A stretch of DNA of 64,000 bases from Polymyxa betae A26-41 (lineage: Eukaryota > Protista > Endomyxa: Phytomyxea), in contig RBZT01000419.1 in NCBI GenBank assembly GCA_003693705.1, positions 126,923 to 190,922 of the forward strand. The letters are read 5' to 3'. The notes beneath the pieces were generated by a model. It did not search any database. It saw nothing but the letters and a program-made list of their open reading frames with translations, and was not told the DNA's origin. Below, in pieces: positions 36,501 through 49,458 of this stretch. Made by a program: the position numbers and the translations under genes. Each line of letters opens with the position of its first letter. Position 1 is the first letter of the stretch.

Positions 36501-37193
36501 TGGCTAAAAAATTAGTTTTGAAATGTTTAGCAATGTGCAGGAAACAGTTCGAATCCGTTCGGCGATAATGTAGATCAAGCGGAAATGAAATCCTTCTTCA
36601 AAGAAAAAGGGAAAATGATATTTACACCATTTCCTGATTATGGAACAAGATTTCGTCTCTGGAAAACATTTATTCTAAAGGTTTGAATGTTGCGCTTGTG
36701 ACCAAATTCTATATATGAAGTTCGATCATAACAGGCTGGAGTCAATATATTTGCTTTAACACAAACTAAGACCAGATTCGATCTTGGAACTTTGGTTTAT
36801 GTATCACATGGATATAGCGCTGGAAGCATTCAAGCTGCTGTTCAGTCCGTTTTATCAACTAGACGAGTTGCCAAAGTAGATCCCTTCGTATATTCTCACA
36901 ACTTTAGATTTACTAATTCACTATTAGCTGGACGAGAAATGTAAATCGACGATAACGATAGACGAGTTTATCACTGCTCTGTCCAAGATGCCTTATACTT
37001 ACAAAGATCAGCACGGAAATTTTAAGGATTTCACTGAGGTGCAATAATTTGCTTGCTGATGGACTTTACTCTTATCATGTTATTGCAGGATATCACAGGT
37101 GTGAAGCAGCGCAAGGCCCTAGCAGCAGCTAGCGCTGCTGCCGAAGAAAAGGCAGCCAGTGAATCCAAAGATTCCAAAAAGAAAAAGAAATGA
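33544..37193 (+). CDS. IQCA1: IQ motif and AAA domain protein (dynein regulatory complex subunit 11)
   Basis: LYIRYAQVYKDLQLAYDQI|VHPQKRRDIR; IQKNERGRQG; IQ motif LQRWFRGMLAR; Lys-rich inserts; Walker A LFYGPEGSGKT; FPDYGTR. Confidence 0.92.
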
Positions 37194-37436
37194 GTTAAAT
37201 GAAGGGATAGTCTCATTGTATACTTTAGCAGATTCTTGCATTGAACGGCAGAATTCTTCCAATAATCACATATTTGTTCTAAAATCAATCGAAATTCTGA
37301 CTAGCCATACGCCCAGTTGTACAGAGATCAGCCAGAGAGGGCTTTAGACTTATGGAAGATGCAAGCAAGGAATCGATCCAAGCTGATAACGAATATACTA
37401 CAAGAATATGAAATGTGAGTAGATGGTTTTTATTAT

Positions 37437-39723
37437 TCAGAGATCAATTATTTGAAGATATCCATCAGTAGTTGCACATATAATAGTTCTATTGGTAGTC
37501 CATGACAATTTCAATATACCACTATTATGAACTCGAATCTTTCTCAGTAATCGACCTGATGATATTCGGAAGATGGAGATACAATTATCAAAGGATCCTG
37601 TAGCCACCATTGATTCATCTGGCGATATCTGCAGAGTTCGAATCCATTCTCTACTCTTCAGATCACGTTCTGATTGACCATTGACCATGTTCCAGACCTA
37701 TAGTTAGGGTTTACAAGAACAGCCTCTCATTGGTTCCTATTTCCAACCTTTACAGTTTGATCCTTGGAGCATGTTATTAGCAAGGCTTGTGATGGGCATG
37801 TAGCCAGATCCAGGATGAAATCTTTATGTGAATGTATGGTGTGTTTAATCTGAGCTGTTGATGTGTTTGTTAGAACCCAGATATGAACCTGTCTCATAAA
37901 TCAGAACATGTTATTGACAAGATGAAGAATGTGCAGAACTTTGTTATCTAGACCACCAGTAACAACTTGATGTCCATAATTACTAAATGCTACACATTTC
38001 ACCCATCCTTGATGTCCATGTAATACATGGGTACATTTACCAGTTCGGGTCTCCCAGATACGAACTGTACAATCCATGCTGGCAGAAGCTAAACGTCGGA
38101 AATCATTGCTAATAGCACCATGAAGGATGGCGTCATGATGTCCTGTTAGAACAGCCTCACACATTGCTGTTCGACTATTCCAGATCCTTGCGAATCGTCA
38201 TATTTCTATGCAAGCGAATATGATGGTATTGGACGAACCTGAGTGTTCCATCGAAGCTTGTAGAATAGATATGAAGATCATATTGTGAGAATGAGCACCA
38301 TGTTATACATGATTTATGTCCAACTAATTGTCCATGACATGATCCTGTCTTTGTATCCCAAATACGACATAATCCATCAGCACCTCCAGTTACTATATAA
38401 TCACTATTTAATTGACCACATCCGATGGCTTTAATTCCTCCATCATGAGCTGCTATACGAGATGGTAATACAAGGATATCAAGACCAGCTAGAATATCAT
38501 CTGATCAATCGCTTACAATGCTGAAAAACAGGGTCCAGATCAGAGTCTACCTAGCAACGATGTTTTACGAATTAATTGTCGAGCTGGTTGCCAGTATGGA
38601 CCTCGGGCAATTCCAACAAACGACAATGAGAAGATGTTGTCTTTGACGAACGAGGTACAGACAGAACCAAACAATTGATCAAGTAATGGAAGCCCTAATC
38701 TAACTAGTTGTGATGACATATTGATCATAGCTGCCATAGCACTTGCATATACTCTACACATTCAATTAATCAATGAATTGTATCAACCAGGATAATCATG
38801 ACCTTGACTGTTCCATTAATTCAGATATAGCTAAAGCAACTAATTGACATTGACTTGCTAATAAATACAAATCCATGATATCAGAAGCTCCAGATATGCA
38901 GAGACGAAACTGTTCCAGCCATTCCATCAACTGATTTACTGAATATGTCTCAGTTGTTGCTCGCTTCTAGAATATCATTAGCGGTCTGTCTCTGCTTTGT
39001 TAGCAGCGAGCTACAGACCTCCGACTCAGAAAATGGATCTATTGCAACTGGTGCACGAAGTGCTTCAACTGGATCAGATATTCCTCCAGGTTTAGCATTC
39101 TACAAGATTGTTAAATCGATCAGAATTTAACAATAATAACAGAGTAGCACCTCTTGATCATCACCAATAATTTCATCATATTCTACACTAAAACCATAAT
39201 CTTCACTTTCATTTTCATTGAAATTTCGGAGCACTTTTTCCAACATCTCCAAATGATGTTTGTTTTTCAAATTCAGATTTGGCACCTTCTTCCGCTTCTC
39301 AATAAATGTTTCTTGTAAGGCAAATGCTGGCTTTAACTGTCGAAAAATTTGCATATGCAGCTTGGCACTGCTCCCTAAGATCTTTCGACCAAGTTTCGCT
39401 TCGTCGCTCAATGACAATTTCAATACGGTTTGGGTGGCACCTTGAGTACTTCGTTTAATTCCCTCAACAAACTCAATCAAGTCATCTTCTAAGAGATCAA
39501 CTTTACTGCATGCATAGCTATTCGGACGAGGAGTCGACCACAGAAATCTTCCTCGCCTATCTTCGGGTCCGGGTACTCGACGAAATATTTGTTGTAAGAA
39601 ACTTGAACCTGTGACCTCGCCTAAAGCACGAAGTTGTGCCAGAAGTCCAAACAGATATCTTGATCTAACAGCACCTTCTAAGGCACGCTGGCGACGCTGT
39701 AATAGACGACGACGTACTGCCAT
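37437..39723 (-). CDS. WD40-repeat protein with a long uncharacterised N-terminal region, multi-exon
   Basis: WD repeats LTGHHDAILHGAISND..LASASMDCTVRIWE, GHQGWVKCVAFS and ATGSFDNCISIF. In-frame GT-AG splicing links the 39127-39723 ORF through 38540-39100 to the WD exons. Confidence 0.7.
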
Positions 39724-39806
39724 CAAGATATTTGGGATTAAAGATCTAGGTAGTATATAATGGTTTAATAATCAGATCGGGTAGATCAATGTTGCTATCA
39801 TGAATA

Positions 39807-40928
39807 TTACGATGGCTTGGAAGGATGCAACTTGTACCGTTGTGCAATCAATAGAAATAGAGCAGTGAATAATAAAACCCCAGAAACCAAGACATATATC
39901 CAGGCTATGATACTATTCTTAGCACCCATCCAAGACACGGTTGATAATACAATCCATTTCTGTCCATCCGCTATAGGATGAATGAAATTATTGTCAATGA
40001 TAAAAGTTATATTATCTCCAGTTTGCAAGGAAACGTTCAATAACTAAAGATACATTTGATTGATACACTGAGTATGACAACGACTGAATCCATCCAATAC
40101 CTTATAAAGCTTTCGGAATGTGGAATGAGCAGCTGGTTTCATCCAGTTTTGGATGAGAGGGTCTTTTAATAGGGGCAACGAGATGGTCTCATTATCTCTC
40201 CTTATTTGTCGAGTTTCCTTTATGGACAAACGGCGGATACTGTACTGTGCAAACTTGAAATCAAGAATCAAATAGATTAAGGTAAAATACCTTGTCCATT
40301 TCATTGTCCCAGATAAGAGGTCCAATCCAATAGGAAGATCCAACAATAAATCCAGTATCTGATCTTGATACACTCAGATTGAATTGATCATTGAAGAATG
40401 AATAAGGTAATAGACCACATGGATAGGGAACCAAACCATCAACTGGAGATCTCGAAAATTTTCCACCGCATGTTGACGGATCATATGATGTCTACATCCA
40501 TGTTTTAGACAATCGATTCTGTTAAGAATCTGACAGAGCTCTGACCTGCTCATCAGACTGAACTTGTGATGTACTATAAGCACTTGAATATGCCCTTGTG
40601 TTCTGATTAAAATCTGTTAACCTATAGTACAACGCGATCGGACTCGGCATTGGTTTGTTTACAGTTTGAGATAAGACGCAAGATGCTTCTGAGCATTTGT
40701 CATCATATCGAATCATGATCTAGGTATATCCAGTGAAGATCATAAAGCATATTAGAAAATTACTACCTCTACAATACGACCAGATTCAATAAATATAATA
40801 GTAGCAATAGCAGCGCATATTAAGCTAAATATCAGCAACGTGGCACTCAGCGTCCGAACCGTAAATTTCGGTTGCCAATCGCTGAGAAGCCAAATAACAA
40901 TTGGCTGATTGATATGATGGGATTGCAT
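39807..40928 (-). CDS. CDC50/LEM3 family P4-ATPase (flippase) beta subunit
   Basis: WQPKFT + TM1; PIALYYRLTDFNQNTRAY; PCGLLPYSFFND; WMKPAAHSTFRKLY; STVSWMGAKN + TM2. Start is uncertain. Confidence 0.88.
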
Positions 40929-41326
40929 GGAATCAGCATGAGTTTGCAGGTGGGCTGGGCCGGTGGCCTGCCCGTTCGGATTTTCAGTGGGCGCCGTTGC
41001 GAATTGGATGAATGGCGTCGGCCGATAATGTTGGATGTCACGGTGAGTGTGGTGAAGATCACGAATGTCTATCTAACTGCCCTTCACAATATGAAATGAA
41101 AGCGTGATATAGACATGCCCCTCACACATCATCATTGATACATTTATATAATGTTACATTCTCTATCAATATATAACATGCAAGATGACGAGTGTTGTCG
41201 TATAACGGAGTAGTTTAGTAAAGCCTTATTAGGCTATTACGCAGTATCTGATAATGCGTCTATCACATTATTGTCATCCAATACTCTCTTCTTCCTTACC
41301 TACACCTTCAGTAATCGTCATATCCA

Positions 41327-41919
41327 ATGTCAGATCAGACCGACTTTTATCTACGTTATTAGTATGGCAGCGCTCAATTCCTGCTTGAAGACATGCTGAA
41401 CTTGTTCATAGTGTGGGTCATAAAGGCAAGTTTGGCCACGAATTTCTGGAATTTGAATTCGGTTCTGATGGCAAGCTGCGATATGCCAATAATTCCAATT
41501 ATAAGAATGATCGTATGATTCGTAAAGAAGGTATGATACATCGATTACTTTCTGTCTGCTCCTCATGTTTACTGTTCAGTTTATGTATCACCCAGTGTTC
41601 TGAAAGAATTAGCCCGAATCGTTGACAGCTCGGAGATCATGAAGTAAGTGACCACTTTTTTCACACAATACAGAGTGTAAGACTTTACAGAGAAGATGAT
41701 TCTAAATGGCCAGTTCCTGATCGTGTCGGTTCCCAGCAGCTGGAAATCGTCATGAATAACGAACATATCTCATTTGAGACAGCCAAAATTGGATCATTGA
41801 TGGATGTTGAAAAATGCAAAGATCCAGAAGGATTCAAGGCGTTCTATTTCTTAGTCCAAGATCTGAAATGTTTAGTATTCTCTCTGGTTGGTTTACATTT
41901 CAAGATTAAACCCATCTAA
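41327..41919 (+). CDS. MAGOH: Mago nashi, exon-junction complex core subunit
   Basis: [11 protein letters not shown]|[17 protein letters not shown]...[12 protein letters not shown]...[19 protein letters not shown]; three introns. Confidence 0.98.
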
Positions 41920-42182
41920 TATACTAACTGTTTGTATGTTATATAAAGTTCTCTATCATATTCTCTCTCAATTATTCGCTTGTAATCTGCCAATATCTGA
42001 TCTCTTCTCTACAAACATTAATTAATGTAGTCTCACATGAACTATACAGATATGATAACTGTATTTTACTTACTTATAACATTGTTCGATAAACATGCTC
42101 TTATCAAGTATAGAGGACGGCGCGTGCTTCACTAATACCAGCAGGTTAGTGATGTAGATAATCTTATAGCAATCCTGATTCT

Positions 42183-43473
42183 ATGAGAAGGTTCGATTTC
42201 ATTTCGATTATCGGTTCAGGATCCTATGGTCAAGTACTGAAATGTCGAAATAAAGAGACAGGTCAGATTGTGGCTATAAAACGTATTCGGCAGAACGGAC
42301 GAGATCGACGAACACGACAAATAATCGCTGCTGAAGTACAACATGTTTATGAGATCAACTGATTAAATGAGCTTGATATTATAGATACGAACATTGAGAT
42401 CAATAGCTCATAAAAATATCATCAAACTCTTAGATGTATTCCAATCACAACATCATATATCTCTCGTATTTCCATATATATCATGTGATCTATTGAATTA
42501 TCTGCAAAAGTATCCCCAAGGTTTACCACCAAATCAGGTAAAAATGTACATTGACGATATTGTCATAATTTGATGTGTTGCTTCAAGGTCGAGCATTATA
42601 TATTTCAGATCTGTGAAGCTGTTGCCTACTGTCATTCAAAGAACATTCTCCATCGAGATATCAAACTGGAGAATCTACTTGTGGATAATGATCATGGGCT
42701 AAATCCCGTCTTGAAACTCTGCGATTTTGGTTTCGCCAGGTCCTTTCTATAATCGCCTTTTAGAGTAGCAAATATTGATGAATGTACAGAAGATTGAATT
42801 CAGTTGATGATGATCTGACAAGTTATGTAGCCACACGATGGTATAGAGCTCCTGAACTGTTATTGAGAAGTCGGCATTATTCTGCAGCTATTGATGTATT
42901 TGCTATCGGATGTATTCTGGTGGAATTAGCTACTGGACAGCCACTGTTTCCTGGACAAAATGATATCCATCAACTGTATTAAAATCTGCATTTTATTGGT
43001 TTACGATAAACTGAAATTTGAACAGATATCTGCTAAGGAAACATCTGGGACCTTTCACAGCTTCACAATGTGCTCAGCTACAACAGAATCCCGATCTAAT
43101 CGCCTTTATTGATAATGATATGAAGTCTGTTGCACTAAATGATTATTTGAATGGAATATTACCACCATTAGCTATATCATTTATTAATTCAGTTGTGACT
43201 ATGGATCCAGAACTTCGTTTGACATCATCACAATGCTTACAACATCCATATTTCAACCAGATCCGATCTCGATCTCATTCATCATCACAATCTGTAGTAT
43301 TAATTCGACCACCTGAAATCTATAATGGCCCTACTGTTAACTCCACAACCAAGTTCGCTTATCACATTAAGAAACCATTTCTCAAACATGTTCACAACAA
43401 ATCAACAGGAAAGTTGCCTGAACTGAAACAACAACGAACTGATTTGGGAAATGTACGAGTGATATCCAGATGA
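42183..43473 (+). CDS. CMGC Ser/Thr kinase, CDKL-like
   Basis: [24 protein letters not shown]; [12 protein letters not shown]; [10 protein letters not shown]; [16 protein letters not shown]; GQPLFPG. Confidence 0.9.
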
Positions 43474-43557
43474 TATGGTAATATATGTCCATGAGTTTCC
43501 AGATGATCATCTAGATTGTATAGATATCATATTAATAAATATATAAGCAGAGGCGAT

Positions 43558-44463
43558 TCAGAAATCGAGCCATTGTGTGTAATATTGACAAGATGTTGGT
43601 GAGATCTGCCCATTTTGTACACAAGCATGTGATACAACACAGACTGAACATGGTACATGGGCGTACGAAGTCGTCGCCGGGCCAGTACGGGACAATCGGT
43701 ACAGCTGTTCATCACGTTTGCGTTTAGTGCCAGAAGATGAGAATGTAGCGCCATGGCTGAGATCTGGAACTTTCTCTATAGTAAGATCATAAAGTAATGA
43801 ATTAATAACCTGTTGGACATCATTGCTTTCTAGTTGTACATTGGAGATTTTAGATGAAGAGATGAAATCACCGATCTCATCAGCACTAGCAGCGTCATGT
43901 TTCTCAATATATTTCAGACATGCCCGTCTGAGAATTTTCACGAATTCATCATCAAGATCAGCACCGAATGATAATGCACCTCCAGTAAGATCTCGACATG
44001 GTTCCACATCAAACTTCAGATACACCTTACGATTGTTTTGAACCGATTTAATCTCTTTGACAAGTCGTTTCTGGATTAAAGCCTTGATTATCTTGGCTAC
44101 GGCAGGCTGATTTAAGCCAGATTTCGCTCGAAGATCTCGAATCCATATCCCACGATCATGAGACTGCTCAATAAGTCGATAGATAAGAACACCTTCGTGA
44201 TCTAAACCGCTGAATTTCTCGGCCATCTCAACTGAGATGACTTTGTAGAGAATTTCGGTACCTTGCTGAAGCAATACAAGACGTCCACGGCCGAGCAGAG
44301 AATTGATGAGTTCAGCTCGCGTCTCTATTGGAATATTCTCCAGACGTGATTGTAAGACAGAATCTGGCAATCCATCTGGATGTTCTTCACATAATCGAAG
44401 GAATTTGTTCTCTGCCTTAGTGAGCAATGTCTGAGCTACCGATCTATTATCATTGCTGCTCAT
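43558..44463 (-). CDS. POLR3F: RNA polymerase III subunit RPC6/C34, intronless
   Basis: IYRLIEQSHDRGIWIRDLR; LVKEIKSVQNNRKVY; LTGG; C-terminal Fe-S motif PCSVCVVSHAC...ISPTSCQYYTQWLDF. Confidence 0.96.
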   Translation of the reverse strand: MSSNDNRSVAQTLLTKAENKFLRLCEEHPDGLPDSVLQSRLENIPIETRAELINSLLGRGRLVLLQQGTEILYKVISVEMAEKFSGLDHEGVLIYRLIEQSHDRGIWIRDLRAKSGLNQPAVAKIIKALIQKRLVKEIKSVQNNRKVYLKFDVEPCRDLTGGALSFGADLDDEFVKILRRACLKYIEKHDAASADEIGDFISSSKISNVQLESNDVQQVINSLLYDLTIEKVPDLSHGATFSSSGTKRKRDEQLYRLSRTGPATTSYAHVPCSVCVVSHACVQNGQISPTSCQYYTQWLDF

Positions 44464-44811
44464 AGTCAATAATCAGGATGTGATTCAGTACTAACAACGG
44501 ACTCCGTCACGGCCTTCAATAATACAATAAAAATTTCATCAAATTAGATAAATTATGTTCACAGATCATGATTTCCAGTAATTATATTGAAATTGAACTA
44601 TCAGATAACTCGTGGTTATTGTAAACCATGTTTTTGTGGAATATTTCAGTTCTGATTTACTAAGGACGGTTTGTATTTTAGACAATCGCAACTAACTGTA
44701 CTTGAATGAGCATGTTCCAGATCGAGTGGTAGTATATGCTGATGTCATTGATATTGTAATCTTTTACTTCTAATCAAAGTACTATTGATTTAGTGGAATT
44801 TATATACGGAG

Positions 44812-45231
44812 GTGTTTGATCAAATGATGGCGAGCCGGACCTCGTCTAGTCGGACCAACCGAGGTGTATTTACTGGCATTCGAGCTCTGGGTCAATGTCA
44901 GGGTAGATTAGGTTTAGATGCTAAGCCAAGGAAGTGGACCAAGAAGCCGAAACAGGTCAGCACCATGGTCTTGATGAGATGGCAGCCAGAGACCGAGCAG
45001 CAGGAGCCTCAAGGTCAACAACGATGGCATCGTCTGAATCGGCCTTTGCAGCCGGCATCCTCAAGACCAAGTCGGCAACCGAGAAGTCCCGAAAGAAGTG
45101 ATCAGGGCCTGGTTATTGATAGCGATGTAAATCAAGACGAGCCTCCTAATCAAGAACTAATTGCATTGGAGACTGATGTACCTATATCAACACCATTTAC
45201 TGCTATTACTGATAATAGCACTGTATCTTGA
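44812..45231 (+). CDS. Hypothetical low-complexity protein (may not be a real gene)
   Basis: 139-aa ORF, basic then acidic and likely disordered, with no recognisable motif. Confidence 0.25.
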   Translation: MFDQMMASRTSSSRTNRGVFTGIRALGQCQGRLGLDAKPRKWTKKPKQVSTMVLMRWQPETEQQEPQGQQRWHRLNRPLQPASSRPSRQPRSPERSDQGLVIDSDVNQDEPPNQELIALETDVPISTPFTAITDNSTVS

Positions 45232-46320
45232 CATAACAACAATCAAATTTAATATATATTCATATACAACACTTCTTGTAAAACATAATCAATTTTCAGT
45301 TAGAAGCTGTTTAAGCGACGCCGCATGATGATAGATTGATGAAGACGACCTTCAACATGATCTTTGAATGAGACAAACACATTTTGAGGATATTGTCATA
45401 CGAGAATGATGCCTAAATTGCATAATAATGTGTTCAATTAAAGGCACAAAAAATATTTGTAACATGTTGAATATGTAGGACATGATGCATTCCTCTCTGC
45501 TCAACATTTTTATAGTTAAGGTGATCTTCATTCATAAGCATCGTCATGGCTGAGGTGCGGTCTCGGCTGGCTTCTATCCATGGCATATGCAGACTGATTA
45601 TCAACCACCTAGCTACGTTGGCAGTCCTAGTTTATGGATTCGTAGGTACCCGTCAATGGCAAATTTGAATACGAATCTTAGCTGAGACCGAATTTTCAGC
45701 GGCGTCAATATTTTGTGCCATTTTACCAATAGTGTTGCTTGTATCTTGGATGCTGTCTACATTGTGGAGAAGGCCGAAGAAATGGAATGCTTCTTCTAAA
45801 GTGTCAATATGGCATCGAATGTCGACAAGTAATGCCAATTCGAGCATGTGCCTGAGAGATTATCTACAGTTCCCTTTCCATTATTACTCCAAAGTATCTG
45901 AAATGATCTGGTAAGAGCAATGATTTATTAAACTTTCCAGGTTCAAAAAATTCTCGTACAAAATGCTTTCCACAGGCGGAGTCCATTGGCTGCTAATCAT
46001 AAACGTGTTCGATTCGCGCTGGAAAGGAATGAATTCTGGGCAGATAGAGACAGATCTCCCTCTGTCGCCAGCAGTACAAGTGATATCAGCTATAACAGTG
46101 ATGATGATTGGGCTTTATCTAATTCAAATCTCCCTCTTTCCTTTTTTTAAAAGATATTCTAAAATCATCTATTTATCAATATATTCACCGATAGCTTCAA
46201 ACCAAATTATGAAAGAAACTTAGCTATTAGTCACATGGAGAAACAGTTTTTTATAACTTATGTAGGTCTATAGACTACTAGTTAGATTATATATAGTTGT
46301 TGATGATAGTTAAGTATATA

Positions 46321-47610
46321 TCAGTAAGGGACACCAAGCGAAACTGTTATAAGAGACTCCAAGAATGAATCAAGGCAATATTTTCTGATTGCCTCCATAA
46401 ACAAGATCATGGTGAATGCAACAGGCAAAGGTTTGATATCCAGTTGAAAAATAGGACACATCATTATCGTAACCACAATAGCGAAGAATCCAGTCAGCGT
46501 GGCTGAAGCGAGACCCACCACCGATGCCTCGGGAATTGATATCAGCAATCCATACCAGAGAAAGTCGAACATTCTCATCTCAATATCACCTGCCTGAATT
46601 TTCCAAACATTCAGCCAAGAGCGAAAAAAGAAACAAGAGATACCTGATATGAAAGACGAGGGATCCATTCAGCAGGGACAGATAAAACAGGGCGATCATG
46701 CTGAGGATCGACATGACGATTATCATCCTCTAAATCAGATCAATGAATTTGAAGCACAAAAGAGAAACTTATCCCAACCATGTTGGATGTGCATAAGGGG
46801 GTTATGCAACTCCAAATCGAGGCCCTCAGGATGATCTTCATTCCTTCTGTACACGAGCAATGGAACAATAACATTGCGTTGCCGAGAAAACTGAGCATAT
46901 AGATCGAAAAAAATAGGAACCGTTAATAGAATGATAATCAATGCCGAGTTTAAGGTGAGTAGCACCACAATTGCCATCATACAGTTCAAAGAAAACTTTA
47001 TGGAAGTGAGAAACTGACATAACAAACTAAGTACATACCATACTGAATCTTCGAAGATTGGGTGGTACACCACGAAAATACAGCCCTACGATGTTCAGAG
47101 CGGCGAAATTATAGGATATAATCCCCAAAGAAATCAGATCGAAGACGGCACCAAGACGTTCAATAATCAGGCTCAAGGAGACAATGGCCCCGAAAACAAA
47201 AATCATGAAAAAATCCACAACCAGAATCTTTCGAAACAGACTCAGGCATTGCTCTCTAACGGAATATAAGAACGAGAATGAAACACAGACTAGACCTGGA
47301 TAGGACTCACCTATATCTGCGAAGACAAATGTGGACAATACAGAACGTTGCAAAGAAGCAGATGGCTAATATAAGAAGCTGTTGGGTCTCAACTGAATCA
47401 TCTCGTGATTGTGATAAGGAGGCAGCTGTGGTTTGTGTTGATGTGATTTCCGAAACGATAACTAAGAAATTCGTTATAAAGCAGATGGGAAACAGAAGGT
47501 ATTACCGTTGAGAGTTCTTGCAAAGTACGACAAAATTGTCATCATCGCTGCGATCGGATAGAGGACCATAAAGGCATTGCTCCAGAGTGCAATGCAGGTC
47601 TCAAGTAAAA
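46321..47610 (-). CDS. Divergent presenilin-like (A22A) polytopic membrane protein
   Basis: TM1 AFMVLYPIAAMMTIL; TM2 ..HICLRRYR; TM4 FDLISLGIISYNFAALNIVGLYFRGVPPNLRR (cf. [31 protein letters not shown]); TM6 PIFFDLYA; TM7 IEMRMFDFLWYGLL; TM9 KPLPVA. The start codon is unresolved. Confidence 0.75.
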
Positions 47611-47804
47611 CCTGAGGTCATCCAATCACCAATGAGCACAGAAATAACAAAATATAAAGGATACTTGGCCTTCAGGTCCCTTCACAATGCTTTCTTGATC
47701 GGCCCATATTCGCAGATTGCTCGCATGACGAGCGACTAAAATACTGCAACGTCAACCAATCTTCATCAGCTATGTAAGCTCGAAGCCAACAAAAATAGAG
47801 CTAT

Positions 47805-49236
47805 CTACCGCTTAAAGTCACTTAATGCTGGATCTATTAAACATTCATTCAGACTAGGCTCAGCCAATCTTTCATATTTAAGAGATTGATGAAGATTTTT
47901 GCGGTCCAACAACTAAGAAGCTTGTTAAAGTGTTGATCACCCCGTAATCTTTAACAAACCTCGCCCGGAACCCTATCTGGGTCGTTGAGAAAATTGTGAA
48001 CTGCTTCCGGATCCGATGAAGTCCAGTTCTTAACATTTCTTAATAATTTGCGGTCATGACAAACTCGACAATGCATGATATCAGCCATTGAAAAGGCAGC
48101 GAAAATCCCCGAACAGTTAGAACATTGACCGAAATCTCCTACAGCCCGGCTTAAAATGTCATCATTAAAAAGCAAAAGGGAGTAATACCGCCAATAAGGT
48201 TCTCTTCAAGGTCTGAATGTGTTACGCACGAATAAAGGACACGTGCTGGAAGGTTCCCATGAACATTCAAATTCAAGTTCCTGTATGAGGTTACAGATCC
48301 AAACCAGAATAAACAATAAGCCTACGACATACGAGTAAATTATATGTCCAGAGATGGGACCCCAACAAGCCCTCGCGTGAAAATTAGATTCCTGAGCCAG
48401 TCGACATGGGTATGGGTTCCCATTTTCGTCTAATCCAGTCACTGAGGACCATTGTAATTGCAGTAGACCCTAAAAATAATGAGCAAAAACATTCCAATGC
48501 AGTACAAGCGTTGCAACAAACAAGGTCTAAATGGGCTTTGATCTCTCTCAGCCTTTTAACAATCTCTCGAACTGCAGATACAGGGTAGCACCCATATAAT
48601 TCCAGCATTTTCAGTCGATCTAACTTGAGGACTAAATCCTGCAAAGAAAGAAAATTGTCGGGCCTCTCTAATGAGAGCTGCCTGCATCGAAGCAGACTAA
48701 GATTATTTAACTGGCGACACGAGGATGTTATAGAGCGTAAACAAGATATATCCAAAGCACGACAATCGTCCAATCGAAGGGTCCGCAACAAGGAAAATCG
48801 GCGATTCGCAATTAACTGGCTAAGAAGGCATGGGCTGACTAAATCCCATTTTAGAACCAATAGAAAGATTAACTGGGTGGAAAATGGGACCTTTATATCG
48901 GAATCCATACAGATCAAGTTTGTTCCACATATAGGGGGAATATATTACATTTTTCCAAGAAGATCGTACTTGGCAAACACGGGACAATTCAAACACTTCC
49001 AGAAAGGAAAAGATCTATCCACAGTTACATTTAGACCGAAATCAATGACAAAGCAGACTGACATGCCAAAATATATCCTCAGGAAGAGCTGATTGGAAGC
49101 CGAGCGAGATATAAAGCCCATGTTCGAAATCATCAATAGGAACGACACAAGTGCCCATCTGGGTGTCCTGAGGGTTCATTGAGAGTAGATAGGTTGATTC
49201 TGGATGATTTCGATCTACTGAATGACGGCTGCCCAT
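47805..49236 (-). CDS. F-box / leucine-rich-repeat protein
   Basis: F-box SALPEDIFWH|IFSFLEVFELSRVCQ; LRRs LRTLRLDDCRAL, CRQLNNLSLLRCRQL and LKMLELYGC; Cys-rich C-terminal part. Confidence 0.8.
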
Positions 49237-49458
49237 GCAAAACCCAGATAGACAATAAGATTAGATGTGGCATGCAGGCGCAGTGCAGTAGTGGGTCTCT
49301 TATCAGTTCAAAAGTGGGTTGCAGACTTGCTGTCCGTGAATCTACAGTATTCTAACTATAAACGTTCGAGTAACTATTTACGGGCAGATATAAGTATTGT
49401 GACAAGCGTCTGCTGGATACAAAAAATACTTTTTTAGGGAAATATATATGTATGAATG

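Noticed and set aside
45546-46223. Short ORFs with hydrophobic segments
   Set aside because: I could not build a stop-free spliced model or recognise a family.
48625-49092. Long antisense ORFs (also 1285-1674, 5487-5843, 14258-14680, 55572-56012)
   Set aside because: They are shadows of real genes on the opposite strand, run across introns and have no motifs.
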